Shown one piece after another: positions 31,680 to 41,909 of a stretch of 64,000 nt of DNA; the first letter of the stretch is position 1; each line of letters opens with the position of its first letter. A model generated the notes under the pieces. That model worked only from the letters and a program-made list of their open reading frames with translations, made no database searches and was not told where the DNA came from. Both the position numbers and the translations under genes were made by a program. Where the stretch lies: assembly GCA_965213675.1 (NCBI GenBank), contig OZ243916.1:2336001-2400000 (forward strand), in the 5' to 3' direction. The DNA is from an uncultured Candidatus Binatia bacterium (GTDB lineage: Bacteria > Desulfobacterota > Binatia > UBA9968 > JAJDTQ01).

Positions 31680-33014
31680 TCAGGCGGCCGCCCCGGCGGG
31701 TGAGGTTTCCAGCGGCGGCATCGGCTTTTTCGGCCGGATGCTGAGCCCGAACGCCGCGGCCATCAGTCCCATCCAGCCGCCGGCGAAGAACGCCAGTTCG
31801 TAGTTCCCCACGTAGTCGTACAGGAGGCCGCCGGCGTTGGCCATGGCGAACCCGCCTATCTGGTGCGACAGAAAGATCCAGCCGTAGATCCGGCCGATGG
31901 ACTGCTTGCCGAAAGTCTGGCCGGCGAGGGTGACCACCGGCGGAACCGTGGCGAACCAATCGAGTCCGTAGATGACGGTAAAGATGAGGAGTCCGCTGGT
32001 GTTGTCCACCAGCGTCAGATAGAACAGCGCCAATCCCCGCAGGGTGAACACCGCGGCAATCAGTTTTCGGGGATCGACCCGATCGGTCAACCAGCCCGAG
32101 AACAGCGTTCCGATGATGTTCATGATCCCCATGAGGGCGAACGCAAAACTGACGGTCGCCACCTCGAATCCCTCCTCCAGGGCGTGAGGGATCAGGTGGG
32201 TTCCGATGAGCCCGTTGGCGGTGCCGCCACAGATGGAGAACACCCCGCACAGGAGCCAGAAGGTGGGCGTCTTGATGGCGTCCCGGATGCCCATCACCGG
32301 TCCGGCGGGCTTCGCTTCCTCCTGCTTGCCTGCCGGTTTGTCCACCGCCGGCGCCTTCTCCGCTCCGATGCCTTCGTTATAGGGCTCCAGGCCAACGTCC
32401 GAAGGCTTGTCGCGCATGAGCAACCAGACCATCGTCACCGCCACGCCCGTGCAGGCCACCAGCACGTAGGAGCCCATGCGCCAGCCGATGATTCCGATGA
32501 TCAGGAGCATCAACGGGGCGAAGACGATCTGTCCCGAAGAGCTGCCGCTGCTGAGAATACCCACCGCGAGTCCGCGCCGGGCGTTGAACCAGCGATGCGC
32601 CACCGAAGCGGAGAGTACGCCGGACATGCCCCCGGCCCCCAGACCGACCATGACGCCCCAGGTCAGCCAGAACTGCCATAGCTCGCTCACGACAGTGGTG
32701 CCCAGAAGACCCGCCGACAGCAGGGTCAGCGAGGTCATCATGACCCGGCGCGGACCGTACTTGTCCAGGATCCAGCCCACCACCGGTGCGGCAACGCCGT
32801 AGAGCAGGAGATTGATGGAGATCCCGAACGTGATCGCCGAGCGGGCCCATCCGAAGTCCGCTTCGAGGGGATGGATCAGCACGGTGGGGACCACGCGGAT
32901 GCCGGCGCCGTTGAAGCTGGCGAAGAAGGTGACGGCGACGACGAGCCAGGCGTAGTGAAAGGGCAGCGGTATGGGCGGACGCGGCCCGGTACCCGGGTTG
33001 GCGGGTTGATTCAT
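31680..33014 (-). CDS. MFS transporter
   Basis: About 12 TM; DKYGPR, WFNARRGLAVG and YGLDWFATVPP motifs. Confidence 0.9.
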   Translation of the reverse strand: MNQPANPGTGPRPPIPLPFHYAWLVVAVTFFASFNGAGIRVVPTVLIHPLEADFGWARSAITFGISINLLLYGVAAPVVGWILDKYGPRRVMMTSLTLLSAGLLGTTVVSELWQFWLTWGVMVGLGAGGMSGVLSASVAHRWFNARRGLAVGILSSGSSSGQIVFAPLMLLIIGIIGWRMGSYVLVACTGVAVTMVWLLMRDKPSDVGLEPYNEGIGAEKAPAVDKPAGKQEEAKPAGPVMGIRDAIKTPTFWLLCGVFSICGGTANGLIGTHLIPHALEEGFEVATVSFAFALMGIMNIIGTLFSGWLTDRVDPRKLIAAVFTLRGLALFYLTLVDNTSGLLIFTVIYGLDWFATVPPVVTLAGQTFGKQSIGRIYGWIFLSHQIGGFAMANAGGLLYDYVGNYELAFFAGGWMGLMAAAFGLSIRPKKPMPPLETSPAGAAA

Positions 33015-33039
33015 CCGATCTCGCTTTCTCGGGAAACAT

Positions 33040-33077
33040 GGGAACGGGGACCCCTCCGAAGACGGATCCCCGTTCCC
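33040..33077. terminator. Hairpin between tctC and MFS (terminator or mRNA-stabilising)
   Basis: GGGAACGGGGA / TCCCCGTTCCC 11-bp stem; weak U tract. Confidence 0.5.
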
Positions 33078-33097
33078 TTATTGCTGCCGGACTACCA

Positions 33098-34075
33098 TCA
33101 CTTCGGCAACGCGTCGCGCATGGCCTGGGTATGTTCGCTGTAGGCCTTGACGTAGTTGTCCAGGTCGGCCTGCGCCACCTTGGAGTCGCCGGGCACGATG
33201 GGGCTCTTGGACTTGGCCAGGAACTCCTTGTATTCCGGATCGGTCATGGCCTTCATGAACAGGTCTTCGAGGATCTTCTTCCTGTCGTCGGGCACGCCCG
33301 GAGGCGCCACGATGCTTCGGCCCACGTACAGTCGGAGATCGACCCCCTGCTCCTTGGCGGTGGGCGTGTTCGGCGCGTTCACTGCCCGCTCGCCGTGCAG
33401 GTGAAGCACGGGCCGCACGTCGCCCGACGCGATGTAGGTGGCGGTGGTGGGGTGGTCAATGGGTTGCAGATAAACGTCGAAGTCGTTGCGGATCATGGCC
33501 GGTATGCCCTCGCTCGTGCCGGCGTAGCCCGACACCACGTCCATGTGGATGCCGAGCGACTTCGCCGCCACGAAGGTGGGAATCCAGCGCGACACGCCGA
33601 TGCCTTCCACGCCCCATTTCACCCGCTCGGCCTTTCGCAAATCCTCCAGCGTGTGGAACCTGGAGTTCTTGCCCACGATCAGGCTGTAGGGCTCGGCCCC
33701 GACCCGCGCGATGTAGGTGAACTTGGTGACGTCGTAGCCCGTCTTCTCCACGCCGCTGATCAACTGTTTGCCCAGCATGCCGTCGGTGAACAGGTGGCCC
33801 AGCGTGTAGCCGTCGGGCTTGGCCTTGTACATGGCCACCGTGCCGATGACCAGTCCCCCGCCGGTGATGTTCTTCACCACCACGTGGACGCCCTTGGGCA
33901 GGTACTTCCGCATGGTCCTGCCGATGGCCCGGGCCAGACGGTCAAATCCGCCGCCCGGAGAGCCCGCGACGATGATGGTAATGTTCTTCTTCGGAAAGTC
34001 CGCCGCCGAAACGACGGTCGACTGCGCAAAGGCCGTCAGGGCAAACAAAACAGCAATGGCAACCCACTTTCTCAT
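33098..34075 (-). CDS. TctC/Bug family tripartite tricarboxylate substrate-binding protein
   Basis: Signal peptide, FPKKNITIIV..SPGGGFD, KPDGYTL and PTAKEQG motifs. Confidence 0.9.
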   Translation of the reverse strand: MRKWVAIAVLFALTAFAQSTVVSAADFPKKNITIIVAGSPGGGFDRLARAIGRTMRKYLPKGVHVVVKNITGGGLVIGTVAMYKAKPDGYTLGHLFTDGMLGKQLISGVEKTGYDVTKFTYIARVGAEPYSLIVGKNSRFHTLEDLRKAERVKWGVEGIGVSRWIPTFVAAKSLGIHMDVVSGYAGTSEGIPAMIRNDFDVYLQPIDHPTTATYIASGDVRPVLHLHGERAVNAPNTPTAKEQGVDLRLYVGRSIVAPPGVPDDRKKILEDLFMKAMTDPEYKEFLAKSKSPIVPGDSKVAQADLDNYVKAYSEHTQAMRDALPK

Positions 34076-34260
34076 AACCGTCCTCCTGTTCGTAAGCGCC
34101 GTATCTGCCCGATTTTTCAGGGTTCCCCAAGAAACACCATCAGGGGTTCGATGTCAAACCGAGATTTCTCGGACGCCAACACGCAAGGCGTTGCAACGAG
34201 AATCCACGGTGGCATAGTGGCGTAAACTGGTTAGGTCCGTCGACACCAGGAGGAAAGCGT

Positions 34261-34836
34261 ATGGAAATCCGCAAACTCGTCACCGTTGTCGAAGAGACCC
34301 GGCGCGAGTTCCACCGGCCGGTGGAGCCGGCGTCGCGTCAGGCCGCCGCCATCGCGGTCATCGTCAACCCCTACGCGGGGATCTACGACGAGAAGCTCGA
34401 AGAGTTGCAGAAGGCGGGCGCGGAACTCGGCGGCCTGCTGGCTCAACGCGCCATCGACGCGCTGGGAATCGACGGCGGCGCCGTCCACAGCTACGGCAAG
34501 GCGGCCATCGTCGGCGAGAAGGGGGAGCGGGAGCACGCCGCCGCGGTCATGCACCCGCGGCTCGGCAAGCCGGTGCGCGAGATCGTCGGGCCGGCGAGCG
34601 CCGTCATGCCCTCGACCACGAAGATCGGCGGACCGGGGACGGCCATCGATTGCCCGCTACACCACAAGGACGACGTCTGGAAGTTCAGCCACTTCGACTC
34701 GATGCAGGTCTCCGTACCGGACGCCCCGCGGGCCGGCGAGATCGTGGTGGTCCTGGCCATCAGCGACTCCGGCCGGCCGCTGCACCGGGTCGGCGAGGAC
34801 CTGGCCGCCGCCGACGTGATGGCCAAAACCGAATAG
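34261..34836 (+). CDS. 'Amino acid synthesis' family protein (PF06684/DUF1185-like)
   Basis: IRK.V..VEE, NPYAG, YGKAAIVG..GE.EH, SHFD and DAPR..EI motifs. Confidence 0.85.
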   Translation: MEIRKLVTVVEETRREFHRPVEPASRQAAAIAVIVNPYAGIYDEKLEELQKAGAELGGLLAQRAIDALGIDGGAVHSYGKAAIVGEKGEREHAAAVMHPRLGKPVREIVGPASAVMPSTTKIGGPGTAIDCPLHHKDDVWKFSHFDSMQVSVPDAPRAGEIVVVLAISDSGRPLHRVGEDLAAADVMAKTE

Positions 34837-34903
34837 ACAGGCCTCATTGTTTCCTGAATGAGCTCTCTTTGCCTGAAACCACAACAAAGAGTAAATTTCA
34901 CTC

Positions 34904-35896
34904 ATGGTCATCGACGTCCACGCCCACTTCACTCCGCCCGAGTGGATCCGGGCCATGCGCCGGGACGGCGCCCGGCACGGCTGCCACATTGAGGAGGACG
35001 GCTCCGGCGGGCTGTCGCTCCGGGTGGGGGAAGCGCGGCCCGCGGCGCTGCAGCCGTTCCTCTCCGACCTTCCCGCCCGCCTGAGCGCCATGCGGGAGCG
35101 CGGGCTGGACCGGCAGGTGCTGTCGCCGCCCATGACCATCGTCACCTACCAGTTGGAAGGGGTGCACGGGCAGGCGGTGGCGCGGCTCTTCAACGAGACC
35201 AACGCCGAGGCGGCGCGCGACGAGCCGGGGTTGGTCCCCGTGGCCACGATTCCCATGCAGTCGAGCCGGGCGGCGGTGGAGGAACTGCGCTACGCGGTGG
35301 ACGCGCTGGGCATCCGCATGGTGGAGATCGGCACCCACATCGACGGCGTCAACCTCGACGACGAGGCGTTCCGGCCCTTCTTCGAGTGCGCGGCCGACAT
35401 GGGCGTGCTGGTGCAACTGCATCCGCACCGTGTCGCCGCCGCGGAGCGGCTCAGCCGGTACTACATGAACAACCTCGTGGGCAATCCCATGGACACCGCC
35501 ATTGCCGCGGCATCGCTGATCCTCGGCGGCGTGATGGAGCGTTACCCATCGCTCAACATCTGCCTGGTGCACGGCGGCGGCGCCCTTCCGTATCTCCTCG
35601 GCCGCGTGGTCCACGGCCACGGCGCGGTGGACGCGGCGCGCGCCGTAGCGGGCGACCCGGAGTCGTACTTCCGCCGCTTCTACTTCGACACCATCCTGCA
35701 CGACCCGCGCATGCTCGCCTTCCTGCGCCAACTGGCCGGCGAGGAACGCCTCCTGCTGGGCACCGACTACCCCTACGACATGGGCGAGACCGATCCCCTG
35801 GGACTGCTGGGGCGCGCGGGGCTAGGCGGTTCCGGCGCGGTGCGCGGCGGCAACGCGGCGAGGCTCCTGGGGCTGGACAGCGGCAACGGCTCCTGA
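34904..35896 (+). CDS. Amidohydrolase_2 family (ACMSD/decarboxylase-like)
   Basis: IDVHAH, LHP, HGGGALPY, FYFDT and GTDYPYDMG motifs. Confidence 0.9.
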   Translation: MVIDVHAHFTPPEWIRAMRRDGARHGCHIEEDGSGGLSLRVGEARPAALQPFLSDLPARLSAMRERGLDRQVLSPPMTIVTYQLEGVHGQAVARLFNETNAEAARDEPGLVPVATIPMQSSRAAVEELRYAVDALGIRMVEIGTHIDGVNLDDEAFRPFFECAADMGVLVQLHPHRVAAAERLSRYYMNNLVGNPMDTAIAAASLILGGVMERYPSLNICLVHGGGALPYLLGRVVHGHGAVDAARAVAGDPESYFRRFYFDTILHDPRMLAFLRQLAGEERLLLGTDYPYDMGETDPLGLLGRAGLGGSGAVRGGNAARLLGLDSGNGS

Positions 35897-36016
35897 GGCG
35901 ACCCGCGAACTCCAGGGCGAATGAGCCGTGTATCCCCCGGAGGCGCCGCCATGCACGCTCAGCATGAACTTCCGGTTACGTTGTTTGTGCACTTCGCGTC
36001 GCCAGCCGGCGCATCG

Positions 36017-36490
36017 TTAATCGTTATCCTGGATCTGGCCACTTATCGTCATCGTGCTCGGCATGGACCGGATGCCGGACGTCGGTGTGACCCACCCCGT
36101 GACGCCGCGGTAGAGCCCGTTGACCTCCTGGTCGTAGAGCTTGAGCTTGAAGACTTCCGGGTCTTCTTTATCGCTGTCGTCAATCGTGTTCACAGAGATC
36201 TTCTTCGTCTTGACCCCCGAATTGAACGTCACGGTGCCGCTGGTGCCCTCGTAGTCCTCGCTTTGGACGGCCGCGTCGTCTTCCGTCTTGTACTTGTAGC
36301 GCACCGCCCAGCCGTTCGGTGCCGCCCCGAGTTCGACGGTGAACTCCATCGTATCGCCCTCGGTTGCGCCGGCGTCCGCGGCGTGGGCCGCTTGCGGCGC
36401 CACGAGCGCGACACCTCCCACCAGCACGACGGCTGCAAGGGCGGCGCGCCATGCGGACCATTCGGTTTTCCTGTTCGAATCCTGTCCCAT
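36017..36490 (-). CDS. Secreted single Calx-beta domain protein
   Basis: Signal peptide; EGD...FTV.L, T.D..A....DY....GTVTF, DD...E..EVFKL and I.DND motifs. Confidence 0.8.
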   Translation of the reverse strand: MGQDSNRKTEWSAWRAALAAVVLVGGVALVAPQAAHAADAGATEGDTMEFTVELGAAPNGWAVRYKYKTEDDAAVQSEDYEGTSGTVTFNSGVKTKKISVNTIDDSDKEDPEVFKLKLYDQEVNGLYRGVTGWVTPTSGIRSMPSTMTISGQIQDND

Positions 36491-36608
36491 GATCCTTCCT
36501 CCTGTCTCGCAAAGGTCTTCTGTTGCGATCAGATCCTGGTCTCCATTTCACTGCCTTCACTGCCTCTCGCGACAATTCGAAAGACCCGGCAGGACATTCG
36601 GCACCGGA

Positions 36609-37103
36609 TCAGGATCCCGATTGAGAAGACGGCGCCACGTCCTTGATCTCGCCGTTAAGCGACTGCTCATTCGGAACGCCATAGAGCTGGTTCCGGAACG
36701 AGACCCACCCGGAGTGCACCGCCGAGAATCCTTTCGCTTCGATATTGTACAATTCCAACGTGAAGTATTCGTCATCCTCCTCAATCTGGTCTGTCAATGT
36801 CGACACGTCCACCGTGTTGGTGCTCTCACCCGAAGCGAAGACCACCTTTCCCGTGTGCGCGGTGTAGTCCTTTCCCGCTTCGGCGGTGCCGTCCACGGTC
36901 TTGAAGGTATAACGGATGGAATAGCCATTGGGAGCAAGGCCAAGGTTCACGGTGAAGGTCATCTTGTCTCCCTCGTCGGCGTCGGTGGCAATCTGGGTGG
37001 TCGCAAACGGCGTTCCTGAATTCATCACCATCACGAACGACACGGCGAGCACCGCAACCAGCGCCAGTCTCCACACCCGCAGCCTTTGCAATGAGCTTTT
37101 CAT
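36609..37103 (-). CDS. Secreted single Calx-beta domain protein (paralog of 36017-36490)
   Basis: EGD.MTFTVNL, TVDGTAEAGKDY, F.SGE and E.DEYFTL motifs; GGAGG RBS. Confidence 0.8.
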   Translation of the reverse strand: MKSSLQRLRVWRLALVAVLAVSFVMVMNSGTPFATTQIATDADEGDKMTFTVNLGLAPNGYSIRYTFKTVDGTAEAGKDYTAHTGKVVFASGESTNTVDVSTLTDQIEEDDEYFTLELYNIEAKGFSAVHSGWVSFRNQLYGVPNEQSLNGEIKDVAPSSQSGS

Positions 37104-37305
37104 GGTAGTCCCTCCCTTTCTGAGGCAGCCAGGATACCCCATATGTACGCCACCTGCGCCACAATTGCCTAAACTCGCATAAGACATAACATAATCGCTC
37201 GATATAGGGCAACCGCGAATGCGGCATAGCCGCGTGAGCCCAATGTCCTGAACCCCATTGATGGAACGGATCCTTGTTCATCCGTGGGACTGACTTCGAC
37301 CCCTC

Positions 37306-38331
37306 TCAGTCAACGGCGTTGTCCACGCCCGGCAGCGAGCGCAGGTAAACGGCAATGGCGGTGAGATCTTCATCGCTCAAGTGCTCGTAGCCGTGGACGA
37401 TGACCCGTTCCATGAGGCCCTGGACGTTGTCGCCGTCGGGCTTGTAGCTGCTCTTGAGCAGTTCCACCATGTCCTCCACCGACCAGTCGCCCACCCCGGT
37501 CTGCTCGTGGGGCGTGATGTTGGGGGCGGTCTCGCCCTCCGGCCCATCGGCGGCGCCGGCCATGAAGCGCTCGCGGTCGAGCCCGCCGGCCCAGTCCCGC
37601 GGCGTGTGGCACTCGCCGCAGTGGACCACCGCGTTCACCAGGTACGAACCGCGGTTCCATTGGGCGGACCGGGCCGGGTCCGGTTGCCACGCTCCCTCCT
37701 CGAAATAGCGCCACTTCCAACCCGCCACCAGAAAGCGCCAGCCGAAGGGCGTGGTCAACTCGGGCGCGCGGTTTTCCTTGCGCACGGGTTTCACCGTGGA
37801 CAGGTACGCCTTGAGAGCAAGGACATCCTCGTCGGTCATGCCCGTGAACGAGGTATAGGGGAAGGCAGGAAACAGGTGCTCGCCGCCGCGGCCGATGCCC
37901 CGGCGCATGGCCCGCAGGAACTCCTCGTCGCTCCAGCCGCCGATGCCCGTATCCGGATCCGGCGTGATGTTGGTGCTGTAGATGACGCCGAAGGGAACCT
38001 CGATGGCGTAGCCCCCGGCAAGTTCGGCGCCCTTGTTTTTGAAATCGGTGTGACAGGCGATGCACAGGCCGGCGCGGGCCAGGTACGCGCCTCGCGCCAC
38101 GGGATCATCCGCGGCCAGCGCCGTGGAATGCCTCGGAAGCTCCTTGCCGTTTCCAGCAAGCGCCTTCACCGGAGCGCGGTCCGCCGCCGCCTGCGCAAAC
38201 GTCAGCAGCACCACGGCGAGTAACGCCAACGCCGCCGCTTGTTGCCCTCTCCGACACATGATGCGCGAGCGGGGAGAAGCGACGTCGTGCGTCCCGAATT
38301 TCGCCCGGTAGTGGCTCTTGTCCCTCGCCAC
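37306..38331 (-). CDS. Di-heme c-type cytochrome (alcohol/gluconate dehydrogenase cytochrome subunit-like)
   Basis: RGAYL...CIACHT, NITPD..TGIG.WS and CGECHTPR motifs. Confidence 0.88.
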   Translation of the reverse strand: MARDKSHYRAKFGTHDVASPRSRIMCRRGQQAAALALLAVVLLTFAQAAADRAPVKALAGNGKELPRHSTALAADDPVARGAYLARAGLCIACHTDFKNKGAELAGGYAIEVPFGVIYSTNITPDPDTGIGGWSDEEFLRAMRRGIGRGGEHLFPAFPYTSFTGMTDEDVLALKAYLSTVKPVRKENRAPELTTPFGWRFLVAGWKWRYFEEGAWQPDPARSAQWNRGSYLVNAVVHCGECHTPRDWAGGLDRERFMAGAADGPEGETAPNITPHEQTGVGDWSVEDMVELLKSSYKPDGDNVQGLMERVIVHGYEHLSDEDLTAIAVYLRSLPGVDNAVD

Positions 38332-38370
38332 GACACATCCTCCAGCGGGGCCTGGGAGCTTGCGCCGTGC

Positions 38371-39543
38371 CTACCCGTTGCGGCACACGAAGAGTTGCCT
38401 TGGGCAGTCGTGCATGTTCTCCAGTCCGGTCTCCGTCACACGCATCATCTCGCCAAACTGAACGCCGCGCAACCCGTCCACGGTGACCACGTTGGGCTGG
38501 ATGACGAGGCACATGTTCGCCTCGAAGCGGAAGTCCGGCGGCGCGCCGCGGTGGGTCTTGTGGGTGCGCAGGATCGGCGGCAACTGGCTGGCGCCGTGCA
38601 CCACGTCGTCGTAGACGGTGAAGCCGCGCTCGTGCACCACGTCCGCGGCCTTCAGCACTTCCTCCGTTCCCGCGCCCGCCTTGATGACCCCGGCAATGCG
38701 GTGGAACGCCTCCATGGCCACTTCGTGGAGGCGGCGGTACTCGGCGGTGGGTTCTTCGCCAATGGTAAAGGTGCGCAGCACCTGGCCGGTGTAGCCGCCG
38801 TAGTTGGTGCTGATCTCGGTGACGAGCACGTCGCCCTTCTGCAGGATGCGGTTGGACAGGTGCTGCTGCGGCACCCCACCGTGGGGGTCGCGCATGGAGG
38901 TGGTGATCATGAAGTGGATGCCGTTGATGCCGCCCTTGCCCAGGTAGACGTCCTCGACGATGCGCGCCAGCTCGTGTTCCGGGATGCCGGGGCGCGCGCC
39001 CTCGGCCAATGCCCGCACCGAGTCGTCGCTCATGGCCGAGGCCAGGCGCAGGCGCTCGATCTCCTCGTCGCTCTTGACCTGGCGCTGGTTGCGCATTTCG
39101 GCGCTGAAGTCCGACCACTTCACGCCCGGCAGCGCCTCCACCAGCCGCAGGTAGTGCCGGTACGGCACGCTGCCGCACAAACCCACCGCGCCGTGTTCCA
39201 GCCCCCGGTCCTTCAGGTTCTCCAGCACCCGCGGCACCGAGTCCACCGACCCCGTGGGGCTCGATCCGCCGAAACGCACGTCGTCGATGACGGCCATGCG
39301 GCGGGCGTTGGGCAGGTGGTTGGACAACTGCACGAACAGCGTCGGCTCCCCCGCGCGCGGATAGATGAAGTAGGCCTCGGAGGTGGTGAGCCAGTTGCAC
39401 AGGTAGTGGATGTCCGGCGCGGTGCGGCTGCCGTAGAACACCACCGCGTCCAGGCCCATGCGGTCCATGCGCGCCTGCACCGCGGCGTGGCGGCGGGCGT
39501 ACTCCGCGCCGGAAAAGCTCAGGTAGTCGGGATCGCAAGCCAT
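38371..39543 (-). CDS. M24 'pita-bread' fold hydrolase (creatinase/prolidase-like)
   Basis: EYARRH, VKSDEEIE, RPGIPE and GY...RTF motifs; canonical metal ligands altered. Confidence 0.85.
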   Translation of the reverse strand: MACDPDYLSFSGAEYARRHAAVQARMDRMGLDAVVFYGSRTAPDIHYLCNWLTTSEAYFIYPRAGEPTLFVQLSNHLPNARRMAVIDDVRFGGSSPTGSVDSVPRVLENLKDRGLEHGAVGLCGSVPYRHYLRLVEALPGVKWSDFSAEMRNQRQVKSDEEIERLRLASAMSDDSVRALAEGARPGIPEHELARIVEDVYLGKGGINGIHFMITTSMRDPHGGVPQQHLSNRILQKGDVLVTEISTNYGGYTGQVLRTFTIGEEPTAEYRRLHEVAMEAFHRIAGVIKAGAGTEEVLKAADVVHERGFTVYDDVVHGASQLPPILRTHKTHRGAPPDFRFEANMCLVIQPNVVTVDGLRGVQFGEMMRVTETGLENMHDCPRQLFVCRNG

Positions 39544-39672
39544 GCGTGTTCTCCGTTGGTTTTCGTCAGGTTGGTTCCAGGGGAGCCGTGGAGCTTGCGC
39601 CGTGATCCATGGTCACTTGGACGATGGCGTCCTGGGCGTAACGGAGCAAGGTCGAAGGACGCCCATCCATTC

Positions 39673-40995
39673 CTACGCGGCCGCCAGTCCGGGCCGGGGC
39701 GGCGTCAACGGGGCCGGCGGGTCCTTGGCGATGGCCATCGACATGAGGGCGGCGAGCACGGCCAGCACCGCGCCGGTGAGGAAGGCCGGCACGTAGTCGC
39801 CGAACACGTCATACGCGATGCCGCTGCCCTGGGCCATGGCGGCGCCGCCCAATTGGTGCGCCAGGAAGATCAGGCCGTAGATGCTGCCCACCGAGTTCTT
39901 GCCGAAGGTGTTGCCGGCGATGGCCACCACCGGCGGCACCGTCGCGAACCAGTCCAGGCCGTAGATCACCGCGAAGACGAACATGCCGGCGGGGCCGGTC
40001 ACCGACGGCAGAATGATCAGGGACACCGCCCGCAACGCATAGATCCAGGCCAGCACCTTGCGCGGGTCCATGCGGTCGCAGAGCCACCCGGCTCCCATGG
40101 TGCCAACGAAGTTCAGGCCGGCCATGATCCCCACGGTGATGCTGGCCACCTGAGGGCTGATACCGATGTCCAGGGCGTGCGGGATCATGTTCGCCCCGAT
40201 GAGGCCGTTGGAGGTGCCGCCGCAGATGGCGTAGGCGCCCGCCAGAAGCCAGAAGGTGCGCGTCCGGAGCGCGTCCCGCACCGTGGAGTTGAGCACCGGC
40301 GCCGCGCCGCCCGGTCTCGCGGCCGCTGCCGCGTTGGCCTCCGACTCGCCCAACGCCTCCTCCCCCACCTCCGCGGGATCGTTGCGCATGAGCCACCACA
40401 CCAGCAGGAACGCCACCACCGCCACGCCCGATAGCGCCATGGCCGCCACGCGCCAGCCCCAGGCCACGATCAGGCTCAAGACCAGCGGGATGAAGATGAG
40501 CTGTCCGGTGGAGCCGGCGCTGTTCAGCAGGCCCAGCACCACCCCGCGATGGCGCACGAACCAGCGATGGGCGACGCTGGCCGCCAGCACCGACGAAATG
40601 CCCCCCGCGCCGCTGCCGACGATCAGCCCCCACACCAGCAGGAACTCCCACAGCCGGTTGATGAACGCGGTGGCTCCCGCCCCCACCGCCAACAGCGTCA
40701 GCGCGATGAGCATCACCACCCGCGGCCCCTTGCGGTCCTGGAAGCGCCCGGCGATGGGACCGATGGCGCCATAGAGCACCAGGTTGATGGACACCGCGGC
40801 GTTGATCGCTCCGCGGCTCCAGCCGAAGTCCGCTTCCAGCGGACGCACGAAGGTCTGCGGCGCGGCGCGGATGCCCGCGGCCAGAAGCGACGCCGTGAAG
40901 GTCGTCGCCACCACCACCCAACCGTAGAAGAACCGGACGTTGAGCGGATTGCGGCGGCGCGGGACCTGTTCGTCGGGTTGCGTCGAGGACGTCAA
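39673..40995 (-). CDS. MFS transporter (paralog of 31680-33014)
   Basis: FYGWVVV, PLEADFGWSR and YGLDWFATVPP; TTG start overlapping the dppC stop. Confidence 0.88.
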   Translation of the reverse strand: MTSSTQPDEQVPRRRNPLNVRFFYGWVVVATTFTASLLAAGIRAAPQTFVRPLEADFGWSRGAINAAVSINLVLYGAIGPIAGRFQDRKGPRVVMLIALTLLAVGAGATAFINRLWEFLLVWGLIVGSGAGGISSVLAASVAHRWFVRHRGVVLGLLNSAGSTGQLIFIPLVLSLIVAWGWRVAAMALSGVAVVAFLLVWWLMRNDPAEVGEEALGESEANAAAAARPGGAAPVLNSTVRDALRTRTFWLLAGAYAICGGTSNGLIGANMIPHALDIGISPQVASITVGIMAGLNFVGTMGAGWLCDRMDPRKVLAWIYALRAVSLIILPSVTGPAGMFVFAVIYGLDWFATVPPVVAIAGNTFGKNSVGSIYGLIFLAHQLGGAAMAQGSGIAYDVFGDYVPAFLTGAVLAVLAALMSMAIAKDPPAPLTPPRPGLAAA

Positions 40996-41909
40996 AGCCC
41001 TGTTCCCGCCCGCTTGAGCCGTGGGTCCAGGACGTCGCGCAGGGCGTCGCCCAGAAGGTTGATGCCCAGCACCGTGATGAAGATGGACAGCCCGGGGAAC
41101 AGCGCCAGCCACCATGCCGTGCTGATGTAGATGCGGCCGTCGGCGAGCATGGTGCCCCAGGTGGGAATCTCGGGAGGCACGCCCAGGCCCAGGAAGCTGA
41201 GGCTGGCCTCGGAGATGATGGACGAGGCCATGGCGAAGGTGCCGATGACCAGCGACACCTGGATCAGGTTCGGGATGATGTGGCGCGAGATGATCTGAGC
41301 GTCACTGGCGCCCAGCGATTTGGCCGAGATAACGAACTCCCGCGCCTTGAGGGACAGGCTCTGGCCCCGGGTCACGCGGCAGTACTGGATCCAGCGCTGC
41401 GCCACCAGCGCGATGATCAGGTTGAACAGGCCCTGGCCCAGGAACGCCATGATGGTCAGGGCCAGCAGCAGCGGCGGAAAGGCCCACACCACCTCCACGA
41501 GCTTCTGGATGGTGAAGTCCACGTTGCCGCCGAAATACCCCGAGGTGGCCCCTAGCACCACCCCGACGAGTCCGGAGATGAACACCACGGCAAAGGCGAT
41601 GAGCAACGACACCCGGGCGCCGAAGACGATGCGGCTCAAAATGTCACGGCCGAGGTTGTCGGTGCCAAGGAAGTGGGGACCCCAGAACCACTGGGGCGCG
41701 TTCAGCATGGTCTCCAGGCTCTGCTGGTTCGGGTCGTAGGGCGCTACCAGAGGCCCGAGAGCCCCGGCGATGATGAAGATCAACACGATGGAGCCGCCCA
41801 CGTAGACCTTGACGCGCATCCACGGACGCCACCACTGGTTGCGGGGCTTCCGGGCGCCGGAGTCCGGAGCGCCGGTGCTAATACCGTATTCTTGGGTCGA
41901 TGACTGCAT
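40992..41909 (-). CDS. Peptide/nickel ABC transporter permease (DppC/OppC-like)
   Basis: LGTDNLGRDILSR, EFVISAKSLGAS and EASLSFLGLG motifs. Confidence 0.92.
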   Translation of the reverse strand: MQSSTQEYGISTGAPDSGARKPRNQWWRPWMRVKVYVGGSIVLIFIIAGALGPLVAPYDPNQQSLETMLNAPQWFWGPHFLGTDNLGRDILSRIVFGARVSLLIAFAVVFISGLVGVVLGATSGYFGGNVDFTIQKLVEVVWAFPPLLLALTIMAFLGQGLFNLIIALVAQRWIQYCRVTRGQSLSLKAREFVISAKSLGASDAQIISRHIIPNLIQVSLVIGTFAMASSIISEASLSFLGLGVPPEIPTWGTMLADGRIYISTAWWLALFPGLSIFITVLGINLLGDALRDVLDPRLKRAGTGL

